Assembly: GCA_039589315.1 (NCBI GenBank)
Contig: JBDHHQ010000001.1
Span: forward strand, 103,995 to 167,994
Direction: 5' to 3'
Length of the DNA stretch: 64,000 nucleotides
From: Gemmatimonadota bacterium
Lineage (GTDB): Bacteria; Gemmatimonadota; Gemmatimonadetes; Longimicrobiales; Gaopeijiaceae
The stretch's first letter is position 1, and the number at the start of each line of letters is the position of its first letter. Below, piece after piece: positions 42,477-50,860 of the stretch. The notes under the pieces were generated by a model, which saw only the letters and a list, made by a program, of their open reading frames with translations, had not been told where the DNA came from and ran no database searches. The translations under genes and the position numbers were made by a program.

Positions 42477-44051
42477 ATGCGGGAGTTGAGCCGGACGATC
42501 CTCTGGTGCGCGGTCGGCGTCGCGGCCCTGTCCTTGGCCTGCGCGCGCCAGGGGAACCCGCCCGGTGGCACGCCCGACAGGATTCCGCCGTTCGTGATCT
42601 CGACCCGGCCCGATACGTTCGCCGTGGTGGAGCCGTTCACGTCCTCCGTGCGCGTGGAGTTCAACGAGCGTATCAGTGAGCGGGTGTCGGGGGGCAGCAT
42701 GAACAACGCCGTGGAGGTGTCGCCCCGCACCGGCGAAGTGCGGGTCAGAAACCGCCGAAGCGCCATCGACATCTCCATGCAGGGCGGGTTCATCGAGGGC
42801 GTCGTCTACCGGATCACGGTGTTGCCGGTGGTACAGGACATGTTCAGCAACCCGCTGCGGGAACCCTTCGAGTTCTTCTTCTCCACGGGGCCCGACTTCA
42901 CCGCCAACGCCTTGGCGGGGGTGCTGGAGGACCGGATCACTCTGCAGCCGGTCACCGACGCCCGGATCGACGCCTGGCCGGAGGGCGAGGACTCCATCGC
43001 GTACACGACGCGGAGCGGCGACGAGGGGATCTTCGCGCTTCGGGGCGTCCCGGCGGGGACGTACGACGTCGTCGCCTACCTCGACGTGAACCGGAACTTC
43101 GAGCCGGACTTCATCGAGCCCCAGGGGCGCCTGTCGAGGCAGGAATTGGGTCAGGCGGACACGGCCCTGGTCTTCCTCGACCTCCTCCAACCGGACACCA
43201 CGTCGGCCGCGCTCATCTCGGCCGAGCCCGTGGACTCCACGACGCTGGAGGTCGGGTTCGACGACTTCCTGGATCCCGACTCTTCGCTGGCTGGCGTCGC
43301 GGTCGCCGTCCTTGCCGACTCCACCGCGCCGGACACGCTCACGGTTCCGGCCGTGACCCGCGTCCTGCATTCCCACGCCTACGAGGAGTACCTCGTGGCG
43401 CTTGCCGACTCCCTTCAGGCCGTGGCCGACTCTCTGGCGGCGTTGGAGGCAGCGGCGGCGGATTCCGCAGAAGCGGGTCCGGAGCAAGCACCCCTGCCCG
43501 CCGAGCCCCCGGTGGGGGACGAACCCCCCGTTGCAGATTCCATACCGGAACGGCTGGCTCCGTCCCAGATGGTCTACGTGCTGCTGGACGGCCCGCTGAC
43601 TCCCGAAGGCCGCTACCGGGCGACCGCCACCGGGGTGACCAACATCGCCGGTGTGCCCGACGGCGGGGGTGACGTCCCGTTCCGGGGTCCGGAGCTGCCA
43701 CCGCCCGACACCCTGGCGGCGGACAGCCTCGCGGTGCCGGATACGACCGGGGCACCGCCCGACACGACGTCCGTGCAGCCTGACACCGCGTCGGTGCCGC
43801 CCGACACGACTTCCGTGCAGCCCGACACCGCGTCGGTGCCACCCGACACGACGTCCGTGCAGCCCGACACCGCGTCGGTGCCACCCGACACGACTTCCGT
43901 GCAGCCCGACACCACGTCGGTGCCGCCCGACACGGCAACGGCGCCGGCCGATGCGGCCAGCGCGACGGGCGGCCCGGTCGCGCTCGCACGGGCGGTGACG
44001 CGATCCCGCACTCTCGCGGCGGAGCTCGGGCTCCGGCGGCTCCGTGACTGA
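42477..44051 (+). CDS. Ig-like domain lipoprotein with Pro/Asp/Thr-rich repeat tail
   Basis: Lipobox SLAC, CA....P.GG..D..PP motif, low-complexity C-terminus. Confidence 0.75.
   Translation: MRELSRTILWCAVGVAALSLACARQGNPPGGTPDRIPPFVISTRPDTFAVVEPFTSSVRVEFNERISERVSGGSMNNAVEVSPRTGEVRVRNRRSAIDISMQGGFIEGVVYRITVLPVVQDMFSNPLREPFEFFFSTGPDFTANALAGVLEDRITLQPVTDARIDAWPEGEDSIAYTTRSGDEGIFALRGVPAGTYDVVAYLDVNRNFEPDFIEPQGRLSRQELGQADTALVFLDLLQPDTTSAALISAEPVDSTTLEVGFDDFLDPDSSLAGVAVAVLADSTAPDTLTVPAVTRVLHSHAYEEYLVALADSLQAVADSLAALEAAAADSAEAGPEQAPLPAEPPVGDEPPVADSIPERLAPSQMVYVLLDGPLTPEGRYRATATGVTNIAGVPDGGGDVPFRGPELPPPDTLAADSLAVPDTTGAPPDTTSVQPDTASVPPDTTSVQPDTASVPPDTTSVQPDTASVPPDTTSVQPDTTSVPPDTATAPADAASATGGPVALARAVTRSRTLAAELGLRRLRD
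43755..43934 (+). repeat. 42-bp coding tandem repeat, 4 copies plus a partial (PPDTTSVQPDTASV)
   Basis: Unit CCGCCCGACACGACGTCCGTGCAGCCTGACACCGCGTCGGTG with a few substitutions per copy. Confidence 0.92.
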
Positions 44052-45441
44052 CCCCCGGCGCCTCATCCCCGGCGTCGACCGGCTGCTCGAGTCTCCCGAG
44101 GTGGGGGAGCTGCTCGACCGGTATCCGCGAGAGCGCGTGCTCGTTCGCCTTCGTGAGGCGCTGGAGTGGGTGCGGGACCAGATGAACCGCGACCAGGCGC
44201 CGGACTCCCCCGACGACCCGGGCTTCTACGCCGAGCGGGCGCGGCGCTTCCTCGAGCAGGACGAGGTCCCGTCGCTCCGCCGGGTGATCAACGCCACCGG
44301 CGTGGTGCTCCACACGAATCTGGGTCGCGCGCCCCTGGCCGAGGCGGCCCGAGCGGCCATGGCCCGCATCGGCCCCGGGTATTCCAACCTCGAGCTCGAC
44401 CTCGAGCAGGGTCGGCGGGGGTCGCGGTACGTCCATTGCGCTGCACTGCTGACCGAGCTCACCGGAGCGCAGGAGGCACTGGTCGTGAACAACTGCGCGG
44501 CCGCTCTGATCCTGGCAGTGAACACGGTCGCGACGGGGCAAGGCGTGGTGGTGTCCCGGGGCGAGCTGGTGGAGATCGGCGGTGGGTTCCGCATTCCGGA
44601 GATCCTGAGCCGGGCCGGAGCCCGGTTGGTCGAGGTCGGGAGCACGAATCGCACGCGCCTCGCCGACTACCGGAAGGCCCTCGAGGCCCCGGGCGTCGTA
44701 GCCATCCTCAAGGTGCACCGCTCCAACTTCCGCATCTCGGGCTTCACCGAGGACGTGGGACTGGCGGAGCTGGCGGGGCTGGCCGGCGAGGCCGGAGTTG
44801 CCATGCTCCACGACGTGGGATCCGGGCTCCTGGTGGATCCCGCCGTGCTGGGCTTGCCGGACGAGCCCCGGCCCGGCCGCAGCGTTGCGCAGGGCGCCGA
44901 CGTGGCGGTCTTTTCGGGCGACAAGCTCCTGGGCGGACCCCAGGCCGGTCTGGTGGTGGGCGCCGCCGACGTGGTGGGGCCCATGCGATCGAACCCCCTG
45001 TGTCGGGCGCTTCGGGTCGACAAGGCCACGCTGGCGGCCCTGGAGGCGACGCTCCGCCTTTACCGGGACCCCGACCGGGCGCTGACCGAGATCCCCACCC
45101 TCCGGATGCTCCGCACCGAGCCCGACGCCCTCGAGGCCCGCGCCCGCGCCCTGGCCGACCGCGTGACAGGGTTCGGCGCGGCAGTGGACGCCGCTCCGGG
45201 CCAGTCGGCGGTGGGCGGTGGCACCTTCCCCGGCGTCGAGCTTCCGACATGGACGCTCCGCGTGGCGCCGACGGCCCTCACGGTGGACGCACTGGCCGCC
45301 CGACTGCGGGACGGCGACCCGCCGGTGGTAGGCCGCCGGGAGGAGGGCGCGCTCGTCCTCGACCTGCGGACGGTGCAGCCGGACGAAGAGGGCACGCTTC
45401 TGACCCGCCTGAGCGAAGCCCTCGCGGAGCCGGGGGCATGA
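44044..45441 (+). CDS. selA: L-seryl-tRNA(Sec) selenium transferase
   Basis: INATGVVLHTNLGRAPL, VNNCAAA, EIGGGFRIP, FSGDKLLGGPQAG. Confidence 0.93.
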   Translation: MTDPRRLIPGVDRLLESPEVGELLDRYPRERVLVRLREALEWVRDQMNRDQAPDSPDDPGFYAERARRFLEQDEVPSLRRVINATGVVLHTNLGRAPLAEAARAAMARIGPGYSNLELDLEQGRRGSRYVHCAALLTELTGAQEALVVNNCAAALILAVNTVATGQGVVVSRGELVEIGGGFRIPEILSRAGARLVEVGSTNRTRLADYRKALEAPGVVAILKVHRSNFRISGFTEDVGLAELAGLAGEAGVAMLHDVGSGLLVDPAVLGLPDEPRPGRSVAQGADVAVFSGDKLLGGPQAGLVVGAADVVGPMRSNPLCRALRVDKATLAALEATLRLYRDPDRALTEIPTLRMLRTEPDALEARARALADRVTGFGAAVDAAPGQSAVGGGTFPGVELPTWTLRVAPTALTVDALAARLRDGDPPVVGRREEGALVLDLRTVQPDEEGTLLTRLSEALAEPGA

Positions 45442-46052
45442 TCGAGGTGCCGCCCGACGGAGATCGGGATCCGAGCGGGGGCGGGGCGTATCCCGACGGG
45501 CGGCGTGGCCGCCGCCGGCCGGCCGTGTTCCTCGACCGGGACGGCACGGTGATACGGGAGCGGGAATACCTGGCCGACCCGGCGGGTGTCGTGCTGGTAG
45601 ACGGTGCTGCCGGTGCCGTGGCCGCGCTCCGCGAAGCGGGCTTCGCCGTCGTGATCGTGACCAACCAGTCCGGCATCGCTCGGGGGTTCTACAGCGAAGA
45701 CGACTACCACGCGGTGGCGGCGCGCCTGAACGAGCTCCTGCACGGGGCCGCCGCACCGGTAGACGCCACCTACTATTGCCCCCACCACCCGGACTTCACC
45801 GGCCCGTGCGACTGCCGTAAGCCGAGCCTGGGCATGTACCGGCGGGCGGCGGACGCACTCGGGCTGGATCCCACGCGTTCCTTCTTTGTGGGGGACCGCC
45901 TGGAGGATGTCCGGCCGGCCCTGGCGCTGGGTGGCACGGGCATCCTGGTCCGCACAGGGTACGGCGCGGAGGAAGAGGAGAGGGCCCCGCCCGCGGTGGC
46001 GGTCGTCGACGATCTGCCCGCGGCGGCGCTCCTGATCTTGAGCAGCGCGTAG
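45438..46052 (+). CDS. gmhB: D-glycero-D-manno-heptose 1,7-bisphosphate phosphatase (HAD IIIA)
   Basis: FLDRDGT, TNQSG, CPHHP...CDCRKP, VGDR. Confidence 0.85.
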   Translation: MIEVPPDGDRDPSGGGAYPDGRRGRRRPAVFLDRDGTVIREREYLADPAGVVLVDGAAGAVAALREAGFAVVIVTNQSGIARGFYSEDDYHAVAARLNELLHGAAAPVDATYYCPHHPDFTGPCDCRKPSLGMYRRAADALGLDPTRSFFVGDRLEDVRPALALGGTGILVRTGYGAEEEERAPPAVAVVDDLPAAALLILSSA

Positions 46053-46092
46053 AGCGTTTCGTGAACCCGCCGGGCAGGCGCCTACCAGAACG

Positions 46093-46121
46093 TTGACGCT
46101 CATTCGGCCGCGGAATAGCTT
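46093..46121 (+). promoter_or_regulatory. Putative sigma70 promoter of erpA-nadA
   Basis: TTGACG-N17-TAGCTT. Confidence 0.6.
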
Positions 46122-46126
46122 TTGGG

Positions 46127-46221
46127 GACCCGAATGCCGATGAAAGTGTAAAGTTGGCAGGCCGCTGAGCCGATCCCGGTGATCAGCGGCCTCGGTTTCA
46201 TCGGGCGCCGATTCGGAGCCC
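46127..46221 (+). ncRNA. Candidate structured 5' leader RNA, family not recognised
   Basis: Nested stems CCGAAT/ATTCGG, CCGATGAAA/TTTCATCGG, AGGCCGCTGA/TCAGCGGCCT. Confidence 0.45.
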
Positions 46222-46244
46222 GAGATGCAGGAGAACACGACCGC

Positions 46245-46574
46245 ATGACGATCACGCTGACTTCCGACGCGATCTCCAAGGTCCAGCAGTTCATCGAGGA
46301 CCAGGGCGCCGTGGACGGTGCCGGTCTCCGGGTGGCTGTGCTGCCCGGCGGATGCTCGGGCTTCCAGTACGGACTCAACATCGAGGACGCCCCCGAGGCC
46401 GACGACGAGATTCTCGATCTCGAAGGCTGCCGGCTCTTCGTCGATCCCTTCAGTGCCCAGTACCTGGAGGGTGTGGAGATCGACTACGTGACCAGCATGA
46501 TGGGTTCAGGATTCGCCTTCCGGAATCCCAACGCGGCCGGCGGCTGCGGCTGCGGGAGCTCGTTCACCGTCTGA
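46245..46574 (+). CDS. erpA: A-type Fe-S carrier protein (ErpA/IscA/HesB)
   Basis: GGCSGFQY, NPNA.GGCGCGSSF. Confidence 0.9.
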   Translation: MTITLTSDAISKVQQFIEDQGAVDGAGLRVAVLPGGCSGFQYGLNIEDAPEADDEILDLEGCRLFVDPFSAQYLEGVEIDYVTSMMGSGFAFRNPNAAGGCGCGSSFTV

Positions 46575-47617
46575 TGTCCCCGACAACCAAGAACCGAGGT
46601 CGCCTTCCGACGACGCTCGACTACGCCGCGTTGCCGGCGCCGGATCTGCGGGACCGTATCGAGCTCCGGAAGCGTGAGCTGAACGCCGTCATCCTGGGGC
46701 ACAACTACCAGCGCACCGAGATCCAGGACGTCTCCGACTACCTGGGCGACTCCCTCGGACTGTCTCAGGAGGCCGCCGACACCGACGCCAGTGTCATCGT
46801 CTTCTGCGGCGTTCACTTCATGGCCGAGACCGCCAAGGTGCTCTCGCCCAGCAAGCGGGTGTTGATGCCCGACCTCAGGGCGGGCTGCCCCATGGCCGAC
46901 TTCGTGACGGCGGGGGCCCTGCGGCGGCTCAAGAACCAGCACCCCGACGCTGCGGTCGTGGCCTACGTCAACTCGACGGCTGAGGTCAAGGCCGAATCGG
47001 ACGTGTGCTGCACCTCCTCCAATGCCGTCCAGGTGGTGGAGTCGATACCCGCAGACCGGCCCATCATCTTCGTGCCGGACCGGAACCTGGCCCGGTACGT
47101 GGAAGAGCGGACGGGGCGCGAGAACATCATCGCGTGGGACGGCTACTGCTACGTCCACGACGACCTGATCCTGGACGAGCTGGACCGGGCGCGTCAGGCG
47201 CATCCGAACGCGTTGGTGGTCGTTCACCCCGAGGCCCGGCAGGACCTTCTGGACGAGGCCGACTTCGTCACCTCCACCAGCGGCATGGTGGGCCTGGCCG
47301 AGGACCACGACGCCCTGATCATCGGCACCGAGCGCGGCCTCGTGGACCGCCTGAGGCAGCGCTTCCCCGAGAAGACGCTGATCCCCCTCTCGGGGGCGGC
47401 CATCTGCGGCAACATGAAGCTCAACACGCTGGCCAAGCTGGCGTGGTGCCTCGACCACGAGCAGCATGAGGTCACGCTGGACGAAGCCGTGCGCCAGGGC
47501 GCGGAGCGATCGCTCCGGCGGATGCTCGACCTCTCGGGCGGCTGGAGGGCGCCGACCGACGAGGAAGAGGCACTGGAGCTGGCTGGCGTCCGCTCCAGCG
47601 GCTGCGGTTGCGCCTGA
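46574..47617 (+). CDS. nadA: Quinolinate synthase
   Basis: HNYQ, FCGVHFMAE, AGCPMA, YVNS, CYVH, HPE, C.NMK. Confidence 0.94.
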   Translation: MSPTTKNRGRLPTTLDYAALPAPDLRDRIELRKRELNAVILGHNYQRTEIQDVSDYLGDSLGLSQEAADTDASVIVFCGVHFMAETAKVLSPSKRVLMPDLRAGCPMADFVTAGALRRLKNQHPDAAVVAYVNSTAEVKAESDVCCTSSNAVQVVESIPADRPIIFVPDRNLARYVEERTGRENIIAWDGYCYVHDDLILDELDRARQAHPNALVVVHPEARQDLLDEADFVTSTSGMVGLAEDHDALIIGTERGLVDRLRQRFPEKTLIPLSGAAICGNMKLNTLAKLAWCLDHEQHEVTLDEAVRQGAERSLRRMLDLSGGWRAPTDEEEALELAGVRSSGCGCA

Positions 47618-47735
47618 GGGTGCCCGCAGCCGAGCCGGGCCGCGCAGGCACGTACTGCACGTCACCCTCCGGACCGGCAAACGTCCCAACCCGCCACGCC
47701 TGGCCCAACGCACGACCGTCCTGGCTTGTCGACCC

Positions 47736-48292
47736 GTGCTGACCTACCACACCTTCGCGGGCGGGCCCTTTGCCCAGAACGGCTACCTGGCCGTCGGAGC
47801 TGACGGCGCCTCGGCGGCTCTCATCGATCCCGGTGCCACCGCCGCCGCCATGGTCGCGGCGATACAGGAACGGGGGCGTCGCCACCGTGCTCGCCGCCGC
47901 CCCCGGCACGCCCATCTACCTCCATCCCGACGACCGCCTCCTCTACGACATGGTGCCGATGCAGGCCGCCGCGTTCGGGATGCCGGCGCCTCCGCAGATG
48001 CCGCCCCCCACCGACGAGCTGGCCCACGGCCAGACGTTCGAGCTGGGTGGGTCGGCGCTGGCGGTTCGGCACGCGCCGGGCCACGCCCCTGGCCACGTGA
48101 TCCGGCTCCATCGGCCGCACGGATCTTCCAGGGGGCGATTTCCGGACTCTGATGGAGTCGATTCGCGCTCAGGTCTTGACACTGCCCGACCAGACCCGTC
48201 TCCTGACCGGCCACGGACCCGAGACGACCGTGCAGCACGAGCGGGTGGGAAACCCGTTTCTGATCCCACACTACGGAGGAGAGTTGGCTTGA
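47736..48292 (+). pseudogene. Disrupted MBL-fold metallohydrolase (YcbL/GloC-like)
   Basis: Three frames: IDPG; PGHAPGH; GSIGRTDLPGGD...GHGPETT..ER..NPF. Frameshifts near 47873 and 48102. Confidence 0.85.
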
Positions 48293-48984
48293 GCGTTCCG
48301 GTGGCCGTCTTCGCGTCCGGTGGCGGCACCAACCTCCAGGCCCTCCTGAACCACGAATCCTCGAGCGCCATCTGGCGGGTGGCGTTGGTGGTGAGCGACC
48401 GTCCCGACGCCGGCGCTTTGGACCGGGCGCGGAACGCCGGCCGCGAAACCGCGGTCGTACCGGTGAAGGGCCGGGACGCCGACGAGGTGGCCGGAGATAC
48501 TCTCCGCGCCCTGGCAGATCGCGGCATCGAGGCCATCCTCCTGGCTGGCTACCTGCGTCTGGTGCCGCTGGGCGTCATCCAGGCCTTCCCCCGGCGCATC
48601 CTCAATGTCCACCCGGCGCTCCTCCCCGCCTTCGGCGGCAGGGGCATGTACGGACGCAGAATCCACGAGGCGGTGTTGGCCTCGGGCGCCAAGGTCACAG
48701 GGGTCACCGTCCATTACGTCGACGAGACCTACGATACGGGCACGATCTTCGCCCAGTGGCCCGTCCCGGTGCATCCTGAGGACACCCCCGAAGCGTTGGC
48801 GGCTCGCGTGCTGGCGGTGGAGCACGTCCTCTACCCGCTGGCCGCCGATCACCTGACGCGGGCCGTGGCGGACAGCCGAGCGCCCGCACCCTTCGAATAC
48901 CCTGGGGACGCCTTCACCCTGGCGCAGGACGCCCCCGCCGGTGAGCTCGCGCGCCAGATCCGAGGAGCATTCAAGAGACGATGA
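48289..48984 (+). CDS. purN: Phosphoribosylglycinamide formyltransferase
   Basis: ASGGGTNLQA, LAGYL, NVHPALLP, GVTVHYV..YDTG. Confidence 0.94.
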   Translation: MSVPVAVFASGGGTNLQALLNHESSSAIWRVALVVSDRPDAGALDRARNAGRETAVVPVKGRDADEVAGDTLRALADRGIEAILLAGYLRLVPLGVIQAFPRRILNVHPALLPAFGGRGMYGRRIHEAVLASGAKVTGVTVHYVDETYDTGTIFAQWPVPVHPEDTPEALAARVLAVEHVLYPLAADHLTRAVADSRAPAPFEYPGDAFTLAQDAPAGELARQIRGAFKRR

Positions 48985-50657
48985 GTCGTCCACGTGCGCT
49001 GTTGAGCGTTTCGGACAAGTCGGGGATCGAGGATCTGGGTGCCGGACTCGTGGAGCGGGGGTGGGAGATCCTTTCCACCGGGGGAACGGCCCGCCGGCTC
49101 CGCGAGGCCGGCCTCCCGGTGACCGACGTTGCCGAGGCTACCGGCCATCCCGAGATGATGGACGGACGGGTGAAGACGCTGCATCCCGCGATCCACGCGG
49201 GCCTGCTCGCCCGGCGGGATCGGGACGACGACATGGCTGCGTTGGACGAGCACGGCTATGCCCCTATCGACCTGGTGGCGGTGAACCTCTATCCGTTCCG
49301 CCAGACCGTCGCATCCGGCGACGTCTCCCTGCGCGCCGCCATGGAGAAGGTTGACATCGGCGGACCCACCATGATCCGGGCGGCGGCCAAGAACCACCGG
49401 GATGTGTGGGTCGTCGTCGACCCCTCGGATTACCCCGCGGTCCTCGAGGCGCTGGACGGGGACGGCGGCGAGCGTGAAGCGGCGCTCCGGTTCGCCTTGG
49501 CCGCCCGGGTCTTCGAGCACATCAGCGGCTACGACGCGGCCGTCGCGACCTACCTGAGCGAACGAGCCGCCGGCCACCTGACCGACGCCGACCCGGCGCT
49601 TCCGCTGGGGCTGGATCTCGGCCTGTCCCGGGACCGGACCCTGAGGTACGGCGAGAACCCGGATCAGGCGGCGGCCTTCTACGTGGGGGCGGGGGACCGG
49701 GCCGGCGTCGCGGGCTTGGAGCAGCACCACGGCAAGGAGCTGTCGTACAACAACCTGCTGGACCTGGACGGCGCTCTGTTGGCGGTGGCCCCCTTCGCCT
49801 TCTCGCCCCGTCCGGCCGTGGCCATCATCAAGCACACGACGCCGTGTGGCCTGGCCGTCGGGGACACCCTCGAGGCCGCGTACCGGCAGGCGCTGGCTAC
49901 CGACCCCGTGAGCGCGTTCGGCTCGGTCATCGCCACCACCCGGTCGGTTGACGCGGCAACGGCCGAGGCCATGAGCTCTCTGTTCATCGAAGGCGTGGCG
50001 GCCCCGGCCTTCGACGAAGCGGCCTTCGAGATCCTGACCCGGAAGAAGAACCTGAGGCTGCTGACGTTTCCAGAGACTTCGGCCCCGGGGCCGGTCGATC
50101 CCGGCGCCGCAGCCTGGGAGGGGCTGGGTGAGGGGCCCGCCTCCACGGCGGCCTTCCTGGCCGGGCATGGTGCGTCGCCGGCGCCCCGTAGCCTGCGCAG
50201 TGTCTACGGCGGCGTGTTGGCGCAGACGCCGCCGACGCCGCCTTTCTACGGCGTGGACGCGGGGGAGTGGCGGGTCGTGACCGAACGGTCGCCCACCGAC
50301 GCCGAATGGGACGACCTCCGGTTCGCTTGGGCCGCGGTCTTCAGCGTCAAGTCCAACGCGATCCTGCTGGCCCGCGATACGGCCACGCTGGGGATCGGCG
50401 CCGGACAGATGAGCCGCGTCGACTCGTCGCGCATCGCCGTCCAGAAGGCCGCCGACGCCGGTCTCGACTTGGACGGTGCCGCCCTTGCTTCGGACGCGTT
50501 CTTCCCGTTCCGGGACGGCGTGGACGCGGCGGCCAAGGCCGGCGTCCGGGCGATCGTGCAGCCCGGAGGGTCGGTGCGGGACCAGGAGGTCACTGACGCG
50601 GCCGACGAGCACGGCATCACCATGGTGTTTACCGGGCGCAGGCTCTTCCGGCACTGA
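48981..50657 (+). CDS. purH: Bifunctional AICAR transformylase/IMP cyclohydrolase
   Basis: ALLSVSDK, GRVKTLHP, DIGGPTMIRAAAKN, YGENP, KSNAI, SDAFFPF. Confidence 0.96.
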   Translation: MSRPRALLSVSDKSGIEDLGAGLVERGWEILSTGGTARRLREAGLPVTDVAEATGHPEMMDGRVKTLHPAIHAGLLARRDRDDDMAALDEHGYAPIDLVAVNLYPFRQTVASGDVSLRAAMEKVDIGGPTMIRAAAKNHRDVWVVVDPSDYPAVLEALDGDGGEREAALRFALAARVFEHISGYDAAVATYLSERAAGHLTDADPALPLGLDLGLSRDRTLRYGENPDQAAAFYVGAGDRAGVAGLEQHHGKELSYNNLLDLDGALLAVAPFAFSPRPAVAIIKHTTPCGLAVGDTLEAAYRQALATDPVSAFGSVIATTRSVDAATAEAMSSLFIEGVAAPAFDEAAFEILTRKKNLRLLTFPETSAPGPVDPGAAAWEGLGEGPASTAAFLAGHGASPAPRSLRSVYGGVLAQTPPTPPFYGVDAGEWRVVTERSPTDAEWDDLRFAWAAVFSVKSNAILLARDTATLGIGAGQMSRVDSSRIAVQKAADAGLDLDGAALASDAFFPFRDGVDAAAKAGVRAIVQPGGSVRDQEVTDAADEHGITMVFTGRRLFRH

Positions 50658-50724
50658 GGCCGCCGGCCGCTCGTGGGCCCGGCCCCTTGCTATGCGGGGC
50701 CGTTTTGCCACTTTTGGACGGCTC

Positions 50725-50742
50725 AAGTGAAAAAGTTCACAT
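50725..50742. promoter_or_regulatory. Putative Rex operator upstream of nqrA
   Basis: AAGTGAA-AAAG-TTCACAT versus consensus TTGTGAA-N4-TTCACAA. Confidence 0.6.
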
Positions 50743-50860
50743 GTTGAAACAGGCCGGGCAGGAGCGGGTAGAGACCGGGCGTTGAACCGCCGCCACCGTC
50801 CCGCCCCGCAAGCGATTCAGGACCGGCTGGATTCGTCTGCTCGGTACGCACGGAGCTCGC

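Noticed and set aside
43755..43934. Repeat array as a possible CRISPR
   Set aside because: Units are contiguous with no unique spacers, in frame within a CDS, and no cas genes are present
46127..46221. 6S RNA or NAD+-I riboswitch assignment for the erpA leader
   Set aside because: About half the length of 6S RNA and lacking the NAD+-I loop sequence as I recall it; left as an unknown structure
47615..47652. Selenocysteine read-through of the nadA TGA (CGCA-TGA-GC) with a following GTGCC/GGCAC hairpin
   Set aside because: The read-through frame looks non-coding and GC-rich hairpins after stops are common; no recognisable SECIS
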